From positions 171,645-235,644 of the forward strand of contig NMRA01000205.1 in assembly GCA_002633005.1 (NCBI GenBank): a DNA stretch of 64,000 bases, given 5' to 3'. Numbering within the stretch: the first letter of the stretch is position 1; each line of letters starts with the position of its first letter. Positions 36,389 through 49,366 of the stretch are shown here, piece after piece. The DNA is from Phoronis australis. Lineage: Eukaryota; Animalia; Phoronida. The notes below the pieces were generated by a model. The model was not told where the DNA came from. It made no database searches and saw nothing but the letters and a program-made list of their open reading frames with translations. The translations under genes were made by a program, and so were the position numbers.

Positions 36389-39145
36389 CTACATAACAAG
36401 GCAAATCCAAAAAACTTGCGCAAACACTAGGATTGATGCGAGTCTCAATGAACTGCTTAGGTTTGGAACTACTGCTACACTTTCCCAGGTCCCAACCTCG
36501 TTGGTAGCTTTACACAGCACACCTTTAGATCTATGGATGTTGTCTAGGTGTGTCAAATTTACAGTCCCTTCAACTCGTAATTCGGAAGGCAGAGATGTCG
36601 TGAATTCATAAGCTTCACCAGCAGGGGAGACAATTGTAATGTTCGGTGCGGGATCTCCCTCAGATGAGCAAAACACTGCTAGGATCCCATTTACAACTCC
36701 AAATCTGATTTCTGGAATAGAAGGTTTTGCGCATGTCAGGTTGAGATTTACAAACATCTCAGGATTCGAGAAAAAGGGTGTATGACAAGATGGTTCATCG
36801 ACTCATCCCAGAGCCAACCGTCCTTGTTTCTCGATGAAGTCTTGCAAGTCTCTCAACAAACAGTTGCAATGAAAAGGATTCGGACTAAATTTAAATTGAA
36901 AAAAACCGTTTGTTGTTATAGCATTTTTAATGAAGATCTTGGGTAAAACTCGCAGTTGGTTATAAGACACTTCTAAATAGTACATATATCGGAGATTTGG
37001 TAGAACAATGTTTCCGATTCCCTTTATCAAGTTGTTATCCAAAGCTAAATAACGAAGATTGACGAGCGACTCAAATAATTTCCCTGGCACGTGATCGATG
37101 TTGTTGTGACTCAAACTTAGGTTGGCCACGCCCCTTAGATTAGCAAACGCGCTCTCGTCTATTAACGAGATTTCATTGTGACTTAGCGACAGATACACTA
37201 AACTTTGAAGGGAGCCATTGAATGTGTATCTGGTAATATATTTAAGACGGTTATTACTAAGATCCATTTGCCCCAACATATTAAGATCTTGGAAACAGTT
37301 TTTTTCAATTTCCACTATTTCGTTTCTTGACAAATCAATAAAGTTTAATACTTTTAAGCCGCTGAACAAGCCAAGCTGTAAGTAGCTTAACCTATTACTT
37401 TCAAGTGTCAATTTTTCTAATCGTGGTAGTAACTGAAATGTTCCTTTTTGAATGTCTGTAATAAGGTTATCTTTTAAATTCAAGTACGAAAGAAAGGTTA
37501 GACCGACAAAGGTATTACTCGTCAATCGCGCGATTGCGTTAGATTGCAATGTCAACGAAGACACCATCATAAATTCCATATGCGCAAACGCCTTATCTTC
37601 AATGTGAGAGATTTTGCCGTGAATCATTATTCGTTCAGCCTGCACCTGTTGCCAAATTGACAATGATAAGATGAAGGGGTCAGTTCCTAAATGTTCCATC
37701 ACTAAGTCCTCTGCCAATATAACATTTTTTATAGGACCAAGTAATTTAAAATTAATGGTTAGGGTCTGAACGACTATCGCTGGAAGTTGCGAGAGTGAAT
37801 CTACGATGATGAAGAGATCGGTAAACGAGCAATACTTGAAGACGTCACGTCTTACATCTGTAAATTCGTTGACCGTTATAAAAAGTGAAGTTAACGATTG
37901 AATGGGCTTAAAAAGTAAAGCAGGTACGCTTCTAATACTATTTCCCCCTATAGACAACTGTTTGAGTTGTAACAAAGTGGCAAACGCATTGCTACTAAAT
38001 GCTACAATTTTGTTCTTGGACAGATCAAGGCGCTCTACTGTAAATAAGCCGTACAGAGTTTCGTTTGTTACAACTTCCAATGCATTGTGGGATAGGTCTA
38101 GATACCACACATTAGGATTTTCTAACCAGTTTTGTTCAATCAGAACAATCTCATTATCTGATAGTTCCAAGTGACTCAGAGAACGAAGACCATCCATCGC
38201 ACCTTCTTCGATCTTTTTTAGCCTATTGCCACTAATAATAAGACTGTTTAGTAACGGGAGGTGTTCAAACAATCTCGGCCAAAGTCGTTCGATGTAGTTG
38301 CCACCCAGGTTCAGCATTAGGAGCTGAGACAGTCCTTGGAAAGATGATGCGTTGATGTTTACTAGTTTGTTATCATAGAGACTGAGAGTGAACAAGGCAC
38401 CAAGGTTTCTAAACGGCGAGCCTATTAGCCTGTCGATTTGATTAGAATCCAACATGATGTTCTCGGCGTTCTCCAGGCCAACTAAAAAGTTTGGCTGCAA
38501 GGACGACAGCTCGTTGCGCTCTAAAAAGACTTCTCGAACATTGCTCGTTCTACTGAAAGCCGTGTTGTTTACACTTGTAAAGTGGTTTTCCGACAAGAAC
38601 AGCGTAAATTCCGTGGACACTGGCGGAAGACAGGTGGCCTGGAATGAGGATATCAAATTGGCTCGCAAATCTAACACATTAAGATTTGACATTCCTGAGA
38701 ACGCGTTTTCAGAAATCGTTTGAATTCTGTTAAACTGCAGCTCCAATCTCTCCACGTTTGCCAAATGAGTAAAAACCCCGTCAGGCACCACGGACATGCG
38801 GTTCTTTCCAAGGACAATAACTCTCAGATTTGCCAGTTTCGTAAAAGCTGTTTCAGAGATTGTCTGAATGTTGTTACCTTCTAGTTCTAATCTGTAAACT
38901 TGTACTAGGCCATCAAAAATTCCACCTGGAAGGAATTGGATCTCATTGTCACTGAACTTTACCGCTGGAACACGAGCAAAGTCCAAACCACTAGAAAGTA
39001 TTTCCTTTATCTCGTCTATTCCACAAGACTTTACGAAAAGTTTTCCCCCTCTTTCAACGACATCTGGGTTGGTTGTACATGCTTGAAAAGGTCTAACCAA
39101 TGAACACAATCCCAGAATCAGCGTAATGCAGGAGTTAAAATCCAT
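36389..39145 (-). CDS. Intronless LRR-LRRCT-Ig protein with a GPI-type hydrophobic tail (918 aa if read through); one in-frame TGA at 36805-36803
   Basis: Signal peptide, >20 LxxLxLxxNxI repeats, NPFHCNC. ORFs 39145-36803 and 36757-36389 share a frame, linked by *VDEPSCHTPFFSNPE. Ig motifs CSSEGDPAPNIT and CKATNEVG; terminal hydrophobic stretch. Confidence 0.85.
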
Positions 39146-39954
39146 GTTACACTGCCGAAAGTTGCCAGGTCATTCCACTACACTTGCACTGAAGTCTTTT
39201 AAACAGGATCCGTTGAGTGAAGACGTTGGATTAATGACCCATCCAATGAACTCTTTACTTTTCTGGATTATAAAACGTTTTCCGAGTCGTGATTGGTCGA
39301 TAAAAATAATAACCCCCTTTACGTGTGAAGTCGTGCGCAGTCCCACCTAACTGTATGCCATCTTGGATGTCGCATGGGAAAGAGCAACGGTGGGATCCCA
39401 ATTTTCACAGGTTAAACCCTCGTGATAGCAATAAAAATAAGCACTGACGCCGCGCTCATTGGCAAAATATTTTCGCCAATTATGTTGCTCTGCCATCAAG
39501 TTTACATTTTACTTGGCGACATATTCTCGCCAAGTATGTTGCTCTGACACTAAGTTTGTTTTTTGTTTGTTCGTACTCTACAGGTCGCAGGAAATTCACT
39601 CACAACTTGCAGTTACCTATTTTTTCGTCGTGATCGGGTTGAAGATGGCAGACGTGGCGGCAACATTTTTTTCTCAAACTTACTGTTTTTTGGTTACTTG
39701 ATTTTCAATTTCAAAAAAGTGCACTTTTGAAAATTATCGAAAAATTTGTGGAATTTTGTGAAACTAATCTATTAAATAGAGTTTCCAATAGGCTTTCAGA
39801 AAATGTTTTTCATTTTTCTCTACAACCTCTCATTTTTTAATTATCCGGGATTTCCTGATGACGCTGTTCCTTTGTTGACGTTTTTGGTTTTCCTTCGATT
39901 GAACAAGACTATATTTCTTACTCATTTCTGACATCTTCATTCGTCTTATGATTG

Positions 39955-39988
39955 TTATCATCATCATGTTCATCATCGCCACCACCGC

Positions 39989-40021
<33 letters not shown>

Positions 40022-40048
40022 TGTCATCATCATCTCCATTGTCATCAA
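39955..40048. repeat. (ATC)n imperfect microsatellite
   Basis: Run of ATC/CAT triplets. Confidence 0.95.
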
Positions 40049-43000
40049 TTTTGCCAAGGGTAGCTCCTCAGAGCGCTTTCATTTTTTGGTCGGTGGCGGG
40101 TGGACCCCTTCGTCAAAACATGACATTTAAGCCCCCTCGCATTTTTCAGGCTATGATTACTTGGTTAAAAACACAAAAAATAAAACGCTGACTTACAACA
40201 ATCATATATAACCTAAACCATCACCATAATCTAGTACATCGTATATAGATGCACTGGGTGGTGGTGCTAGTGGTGACGGTGCTAGTGGTGATGGTGATGG
40301 TGATGAGTATGAAAAAGAGGAGGACATCTCATTATTATTGTTGTTTGGACACCAGGAACAAAATATACGGATACGTGGTCTGTGACACGCACCCATAGAT
40401 GCTGACAGAAGACAGCAAAGAGAAAAGCATTAGGAGTTGGTTCGCAGCAAGTTTGCTCTCATTGCCCCCAGTATCGAGACTGCCCCTGTTGTAACAGTCA
40501 TTAAGAATTTTTTCAGAGACAAACAAGTGTAAGGTGTGTTTTAAGATACTCGTGTTACAAAACTTTGTTTGTTATAAATCCAAGTTAACTTGTATTTTCA
40601 ATAAAGTGTTCATGAAAACCAAGTAATTTTTAAAAAAGAAACGGGTGCGCCTTTACGCGAATACTATGGGCCTATACAGGAGATATTACCCGTGAAACTT
40701 ATACGCGTGCGCCTAGATGTGCACAACTAAGTAACAAAGTTCGCGAAAAAGGAATTATTTCGGATATAGCCCCATGGGCTTAACGGCGCAGCAGTACGGT
40801 AGAGAATCTGTCATTGACGACCTGCGTCCACCCATCCACAGGGGAAAACTCGACATATATAAACAAACAATGTTAAAAACTCAATTATGTGCAATCCTCT
40901 CACTTTATATGAAGTCCTCAGACAACACGGAAGTGAATATTGTGATAAAATCAACTGTACATGTATATTTGTGGATATCTGGGTATAATTTAGCAAAACT
41001 GTCGCAACCGTTGAATGAACTGTTAGATAGACAGGTTTAGTTCATGTAACAGGCCTCCGGCACACATTACAAATATACAATACATAGTGAGTGCAAGATT
41101 TTTCAAATCTAAATTAATTCATATGAAGGAACTCATTTCGGCGTTTCTCCGCATTTATTGAATATCTAGCAACTTTTCTCAGGACAATTAAATCATGAGT
41201 TTGTAAAAAATCTCTGAAGACTATCTCGTCCACCTTATCGTATCTTGGTAAGAACAGTACACGTAGACCAGAATACATTCGAGAAGACAGTGTAATCCTT
41301 TTTCCACTTTCCCTCTGTCACAGCAGGGGGCGTGTTCTCTCCTCTCTATCAAGTCCCAGAACAATCATTAAAGAATTTTGCGGGGCTACACTGTGAAAAT
41401 TATTTTCTAGACATGTTATGTATTTTTCTACTACAAAATTACATTTAACAATTTCATAAACATCTAACGATTGAGAAAATATATTGCCTCTCCAATCCTG
41501 AATGTCAATATCAAAGCATCGTTGTTGCAATTCACTATCGCCTACACCTTGTTGTGCCCAAACAACTCCAAACTATCTTATAGTAAATCAACGCAAACAC
41601 ATGTCGGGTTACAGTTTACGATATATTCCTGAGCTAGACCAACTGAGTATTTACAGAGTTTTGTACCCAGATAGGTGTAATATTGCATAACTGAATGGGA
41701 CCTAGTGCCTATATGTTGTGTCAATGTAATACCTTAACACTAGCAGACATAAGGTCAATGGTACTTTTACTTTGTAAATTTCGACTTCAAAAATGCGCGC
41801 TCTGAATCATTTTTGCAACGCAAAGGAGTGCGCGCCGTTCGAGCACTTTGAAATTCATGAGATTAAGCAGCCAACATATGGACTTTCTGTCTGGTTTGAA
41901 TTCAGAAAGTGTTCTAAAAATACAAAAGATGTTTAGCTAAGTACTGTGTTTCTGTTAACGTCCTCTCTGACATAACATTACACTACAACAGTCACTCCAG
42001 CGCAGTCGACACCCGTTAATGCCAATTAAATGGTCGGTCGCCGACAGTATTATCTCCACTTCAGCTGTCGTAGGCTCATTATCGAATTTTTGTTATCCTA
42101 ATTGGAATTTTGAAATCAACTCATTTCTTTTTGTCAGTTTGATAATGCGCCAGTTGATCAGCTTTTTCGGTGTAACCTATGGAAGTGGTGAAACAAGAAA
42201 TAGTTATTGACAATAAAACGTCACTCATTAAATGCGCCTTTTTTGAAGTCATCAGCACGTGATCAATAGGTGAGAGGACCCAGTATGACCGCCAGGTAGA
42301 ATTTTAAAAAAATCATCTGGTTATTATTTCATCCGAAATTCATTCGATACATTACAAATTATGTGCTTTCTAGTGCGAAGACAAATTTTCGTAAGTTGTT
42401 TTCGGAGTTGGATATCCAAAAACCCAATATGGCAGCTAGATGCGATTTGAATATACGGATTATACAAATTTTGAAATTACTAAAAAGCCATATTCGCATG
42501 AAAGAACTCAAACTACATGTTTACCACTTCATATAGGCCTACTACACGGCAAACATGCAACAGAAGCGTCCGAATGCATAAAAATTGGTGGGTCAGGTTT
42601 GACTGCAGTTTTGTGGACTAAATGGGAAGGAAGTGATAGCCATAAGTGGTATTCAGTGGCTCCTTGAAGTTGTTGTAAGTAAACTGAGTCCAGAAATTTT
42701 GCCTGTGCTTTTGTCTACTAAGACACGGAAATGACACCATTTTGAGAGCACATCCTCGTTGAGACTTGAATTCTTGACGCCAATCTATGTACCCTTACCT
42801 GGTTAGTAATGACATATTTTAACCTAAATATCTGGAATCTAAAGCGAGAGAGCATTCGGATGATGGTCTCTGTTCTTGCACCAGGGCAACTGTGAATTTG
42901 TGATTCTAGGTAAAATATGGCCATTTTTGGCATCTCAATTTTTTTCACCGTGGATAAAAAGACATGTCTATGTTGAATTTCTTCAGTTTTGAGAAACTCC

Positions 43001-43863
43001 ATAGAGTGTACTTTCTGTCAGTTCTGTCCTTTTTTAGGAGTCCGAGACAGCTGTGCAAACCAGGTTTTCGAATTTTCCCAGGCCAGTGATAAAGTCAAAA
43101 TCACCCACTGGTACTGTGGTCTTATTGTTTTCATTACAGAAAACTGTGTTACATGAAAAAATAAAAGGGAGACACGCACGTGCCCAGCTTTGATATAGCT
43201 AGAAATTTAACTTTCGAGGTTTTGGGAGACGGAAGCGTTGACATAAGAGAAATTTCAGTTAGCAGAGAATGTCTGGTCCAAGTGTGGATGGGTGTCAGAT
43301 CAAAATCAACGAAAAAATACTCGTGTAATAGATGAAACGGAGTGAGCAGAGAGGTTCTCGGCGGAGCCGGACACAAATGCAAGGAAACGTCAGACCACAA
43401 TACACTTGCATTGTGTGAGAATCGCGCGGAGATCCTCAAATGTAACCTGCGAACGATCGAGGACCTTTTTAAAGCAGGTCTTAGTAATTCCGAAGAGACG
43501 CTCTCAAAAAAAAAACACGATATAGCGCGGCCCGGAATGAATTTACAAGTAACTTCAGTGTTGCTCTGCAAGGAATCTTGAATCTGAACCGATTTCGTCT
43601 TATTGACACCTGCTGGAGCCCCAACAAAATTCGTGGCATTGTCAGTAGGTGGTACGGAGTGTCGGCTTGTTGCCGGGGCAAAGCGACGGAGGCAATGTGC
43701 AGGGTTCAGTAGCTAGCTGTCTCGCGGCAAGAAAATCTAGCCAAAATCAGGTGCTCTCATTCAAAATAATTCACGTAATCTTGCAAAGTCTTTGTTTTTA
43801 GCAAGATTCTACCCTGGATGAATTGATACAACTCAGTACTACCAACTGTAGGTGCATTGCTCT

Positions 43864-43877
43864 GTTGTTGCTGGTGG

Positions 43878-43930
<53 letters not shown>
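43864..43930. repeat. (GTT)n microsatellite
   Basis: Run of GTT triplets. Confidence 0.95.
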
Positions 43931-43931
<1 letters not shown>

Positions 43932-46720
43932 ATTATAAATGATTCCGATGATATCTCAGTGTAACACGTAAATAACCGTCGCCATCGACATAAATTGTCG
44001 CCCGGCCAAAAATATTTTATATCGATGGCGGCAGTGTCGTAACCAGATGAATACGGGTCGCATGTACATCCTTATTTTGCTAACGCCGTTATGATCGTTG
44101 ACTGTGGGGGGTCGTGATTGCTACGGTAATACTGACATTACCAGAGCATCTGAGATAGGAGGCAAATGTTGCAACTGGGATGGCCATTGTTGCGGAGGAG
44201 CCAGTCGGGGACGCGCCTCTTTTCAAGGTTTAAAAATAAACGCCCTCTGTAGGTTGGTTAGAAGATCTGGTGTACGGTGCAGATTCATTTGGCTCGGGCT
44301 GTCCTGGCATGAATTTCAGTTACACTGTTCGGAAGAAATACAAGGAGATTTCGTCTTGGGCTGTATCTAATGCAATACACTCTGCCTGACATCTGCTGAT
44401 GAGGATGCTGTATACTATATTGCGGGTGAGTAGCTTCAGCTGCGGCAGTGTGCGCTCACACTTGAGCTGAGGTGATACTCTACGCTGTACTAAATTTATC
44501 TATAAATTCCTAATTTGAAGCCAATGTAATAAGCTTCCTCAATACGTTTCAAAGCTACACAATAGATCTTTGTCTATTTTTCATCTGTTAGAAAATTCTT
44601 ATTTGCAAATTTCGGATAGGTGGAGTAATAAGTTTATCACATTTTTCGTAAATCTTATTGCATCCTGAATTTTTACTGAAGAATATAATTGTTCCAAACG
44701 ACGTCAACAGTCCAATATAAAGAAATGTAAAATAATTAATAGATGCCTGACTAAATTCTTCCCATTGGCCAAAAGGTAACAATATATAGTTGCTATTTGA
44801 CCTAGGTTAAATACACGACACTTAACTATATGTATTCCATTCCGTTCGTATCCTTGGAACAGAGCTCAACATTCCACAGAACATTAGCATAGTAACAGAT
44901 CAATATATGTGATTAAAAGACCCACGATCTTTCGAAACATACTTGTTTCAGTCTCAAGTGAAAATAAAATGACACAGCCAACCAACACAGAGCAAAAGTT
45001 TGTAACACACACAGTGGGACACGGCAGGTGTGAAATACTGCAAAGAATGACAAATGGAGGGAGTAACAGGAAAGTCACGCAAACAAGTGCAGCGTGGAGC
45101 GCAACTCTGTATGCTGCTCATTCAAAACAGGTTTCTCAAATGCAATCAAAAGGGACTCCAATACTTTCAATCACAGCACATCGTGCTTTGCGCATCGAAC
45201 TGACGTGTTTTCTACAATTTCCTGAAGGGTGATTTTACCTTCATAAATTGCAAAAAATGTTCTTGCATGTATCGATTTTGAAGATGTACACATAACCGAA
45301 GGAAAATATATCAAACCCTTTGACCAATGCAACATTTGAACGAAGACATTCGTTTATAGGGCATGCAAACTAATAAACCGAACTGCACTGGGCAGCAAGG
45401 CGGACTTTCGCTTTAGAAATGTTATTTTTTCATGACGAAGTTGGAGGACTTCCTATTCCGATAATAACATCTAGGTAATCATCGGGCTTACAAACTTTAA
45501 CATTATCCCTGATGATTTTCTTAATGGCGTGTTCCTCTAGGAGTTAATTATGGAACATAACATTTTTGTAATATTACAATGTAGTGATACGTCCTATATG
45601 TTGATTATCCTTCCGCACTAGTTTCATATACGTTCTTTTGTAGTTGTGCGCCTGCTGTGGCTTAGAGGTAACCTGTGCGCTTGCCTATTTCTCAGCGTGG
45701 GTGCAAATCGCACGCAAAGTTGTTTTCGACTTTCTCTCCAGTTCATTAAATCACATAGTGACAAACCTAATTTTCTGAATGAAATGGGAATGTCATGACG
45801 AATTCTGTAACGATAGTGATGAGATCTTCAACATACCCAGTAAAGTTCTAGAAATTTAAAATAATTTTCAGAACAATTTAAACTCCTGTAGAATACTGAA
45901 AACGACTTTTGACGTGCTGGAAGTATAATTCAAACTATTCAGAAGTAAAATGTTCTGAAATTAAGTTGGTCTGTCTCACTCAAAAGAATCAATAACCCCA
46001 GACTTGACATCGAAGTTGCATTCTTGAAGCTAATTGTTCAAACGAGTTGTAGCAATTAACCTTTAATTGTAAAATAATTTTATATTGGTGAAGAGACTGA
46101 GAGTAAATTTCATTGGCATTAACGAACAAAACATGCCTAACCTCAATGACATGATCAAGCAATTAACCATTTATGAACTGACCTAAGAGCTTTTTACGGC
46201 AACGGATTTCCGCGCTTACAGTGTGACGATTGCAAACAATTCAGATTTCGCACAAAGGTATCTCACTCATATTCATAACTTTATGGGTTATTACACGATT
46301 GTATCTGCCACTCGAGGCTAATATTGTGGTATAAAAGCAAATAATTCGACTAAAACTCTATCATACTCTCCGTGACACAGATTGGATATTATGGTTCTTG
46401 GTGGGTGGTCCGTTTCCACACTGAGTCGTGTAATTCTCCTAAAGCGTAGGTCACGCTTGCCTGTTTAGCAGACTTTGAAAGGAGTTTTCAAATTTTGTTC
46501 CAAACTTTGAAGGTTGTTGACGGTTACAGAGCATTGTTTTTCTTTTAGAAAACTAGGTGGGAAAGCAGTTATTAATAACTGTTCATTGGTAGAAACTGGG
46601 TTGGTATCCTTTTAAAAGTCCAGCTATTCGACGAATGTTAAGGGTGACAAACATCTGAAGGGCAATCCTTGAACTGCAGTGGTTCAAAATCTTGTCGTAT
46701 AACTCCTCAGAACAACTGTA

Positions 46721-48470
46721 ATGTCTGTAACACCAGTAACCACGACATCTTGGATTCCAATGGAGTACCAGACAATGCCAATTGAGGATTATCGAGACTG
46801 GTTCAATTGCTTGAGGAGTGGAGATGCAAAAACAGCAAGAACAATGCTAAGCACAGCTACTGGTTCAATCAAAGATTTGATGATCAACGGAACCTTCTCA
46901 GGCGACCTACAGATTGACAAATGGTTGATGTTCGTGGAAAATACGAGTGGTGAGAAAATCGCAAGGAAAAACTTCCCACATTGCTTTAAACAGCCTCTGA
47001 CTATCGCTGTTCTTTCGAAATCTACAACAATGGTACAACTTCTGTTAGAGTCAGGTGCTGACGTGTTGAAGAAAGAGGCAAATGAAAACAACATAATACA
47101 TGTTCTCGTTCACTTAGCTAATGCTGAGCCCATGCTTGAGCATGTTTATGGCAATATCTATACACTGATATCGGAGCAATTACGCAACTCTGGAAACATT
47201 GGTATGTTAAAAGTTTTACTACTTGCTGAAAACCGAACGAAATTACGACCACTAGAGTTGTCGAGTCAAGTACTTATATATTTCAACTGATTTTTAACAC
47301 AGAAAGTGTGTACAGAGTAACACGCCGGAAAGGACTGCTCACAGAACACCTGTATGACGTAACAGACTACAATGGTTCTCGAGCGACAAGGAGGCATGTG
47401 TCACCCCTAAAAATGCTAATGTTGACAAATTATGAAAATCTGAATGAACAAAAATTCCAGACATTAAATAACAATCTGAAGCCCCTGTCTGTGATTTTTC
47501 GTAAAAGTATGCGCTGGATGTCTTTGATATGGTTTGGATACCATTTTCTGTACGTGGTCAATCTTCTAACTTTTACACAGTACTACATGGAACTGACCAC
47601 GAACCAAACATCATCTTGCCCCGACGATGGATTTGAAACAGCGAAAGAAACTTCAAGGAAATTTTTCATGTATTCAACATTCGTCGTTCTTCTTCTGCGC
47701 ACATTCACCGGTGTACTTGGAGAAGCGATGAGACTTTATAGTTATCTAAAACATCGAAATGCAACAAGGCAAAACTGGAAAGTTGATTACGTTGTCAACA
47801 ATTGTGTGTTCCTTTTTTTGACAGTGTCCATGTCATTTTTGCTGCATATTTTACTTTTATGTCGAACTGTTCTTCATTGCCTGAAACTAAAATATGGATA
47901 GCTTTGAATATGTTCTCCGGCGTAGGAGCATTCATGCGTATTCTTCAAATATTGCCGTTTATTGGTTTTTTAGTAATCGTTCTTCACCGCATGTTGATAA
48001 TATTTGTAAAATTCTGCAGTTTACTAGGAATAGTTTTGACGGTTTTCGCTTTTGTCTTCAGTTTGTTAGATATACCTAATTTTGACGCTTTCGACAAAAG
48101 TATTTATTTTACCTTTCTCATTGTTCTGAACATGAACCCGGATGTTGCAGCCACCGGCAGCAATGAAAGCGTGGTTCACACGTTTCACGTTTTATTCATC
48201 GTCATTGCGGTTATCTTGATGTTAAACTTTCTTATTGCGCTGATGTCCGATTCCGTGTCGAGGATGACAGGACACAAACAGTTCATTGAAGAGTTGTACA
48301 GGCTTGACGTGAGCCACGATTGTGAGATGTATCTCACGACTATACCCGTAGTAAGGCGACTGTTTAGTAGTCTCTTGGATCGTAGATATAAGATTGTGAA
48401 TGGTCGGCGGTACGTTGCTGTAGTGGAGTTTAATGCCAGTGAAGCTGTTGCAGCTGAACATCCAGTGTGA
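46721..48470 (+). pseudogene. Intronless TRPV5/6-like ankyrin + TRP channel, copy 1; two frameshifts (~47270 and T7 run ~47813-47819), so pseudogene or sequencing errors
   Basis: Ankyrin PLTIAVLSKSTTMVQLLLESGADV...NNIIHVLV, RPLEL, LYDVTDY, S5 IGFLVIVLHRML, pore helix SIYFTFLIVL, S6/TRP ILMLNFLIALMSDSV. Confidence 0.85.
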
Positions 48471-49089
48471 TCTTATGCTACCTGGTGTTATAAACAGGTG
48501 TGCAATAAGATATTCCGCGTAAATTCAGACTGTCACGGTACTGCCCACGGTGAGATACAGTGACCTCGAGGACGCGTTGCTTAGACCCAAGATATTATCC
48601 AAGCACTTAGAGGCGAAAAACCTTCGTTTATTGAACGGAAGCAGTATACTTATCGCATAATTCAACATTCATACATCACTGACCGCCATTTTGATAGGTA
48701 ACTCTAATAAGATATATGCTCGCGTGATTTTGGGTGGTATTGCTTTTTGGCGAGACATTTAGGCTTACGAAAGTCAGCTACGTTGGATCGCAATCCTAAA
48801 ACAGTAGCAAAATCATTAGTGCTTTGGTAGGAAACAGGACGAAAACAGCTGGTCTTTCGCGGATGGAGTACGGTAACAATCTCGCCACACATCGTGACGA
48901 TTGATCCCGATTTCCAGCACCTTAGTTCAAGATCGGGACAGTGCCTTAGACAATGAGTTAGTTTTCAAGACTTGTCTTCGTATCTAAATAAAACTGACTT
49001 CGAAATAAAAATTGCGTTTATATTTTCCAGAGGGTTCATATCATTACCTCATTCATGGTGTGCAAAAGATAGATGTGTACAGAAAATGC

Positions 49090-49366
49090 CATAACGTAGA
49101 ATTGCCGTGAAGACCTGACAGGGACCTGAGGGGTCTCAAACTTCACTGGCTTTTCTACACTATTCTTAAAAAGCTGTGCCCAGTTACACATTTTGTGTCA
49201 TGAAAGAGATAATCATACCTGCAGCTGACGCGGCAAGTACAACTACTTTCGTTTATCACATTGGTTTAGACTCACAGTAGAACTGTGGTTTTCTGTTGAG
49301 CCCAGACCGCCCGGAGTTGGCCATATACCAACTCCGGACGGTCTCTCACGGCAATTTAGCGTTATG
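49090..49366. mobile_element. Small TIR MITE present only in duplication copy 1
   Basis: CATAACGTAGAATTGCCGTGA-AGACC vs reverse-complement CATAACGCTAAATTGCCGTGAGAGACC; absent at the paralogous site (~60941). No clear TSD. Confidence 0.7.

Noticed and set aside
39260-39410. TATA, CCAAT and kB-like motifs upstream of the LRR gene
   Set aside because: Short motifs expected by chance; not supportable without TSS data.
39830-40191. Poly-Met, poly-Ile and poly-Ser ORFs
   Set aside because: Translations of the (ATC)n microsatellite.
41980-45588. Possible CACTA element (CACTAC...GTAGTG)
   Set aside because: Only ~7 bp of terminal match, no TSD and no transposase.
32204-48461. Antisense ORFs overlapping real genes (32204-32443, 37902-38174, 38454-38723, 46789-47094, 48222-48461)
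   Set aside because: Shadow ORFs of the coding strand with no independent signal.
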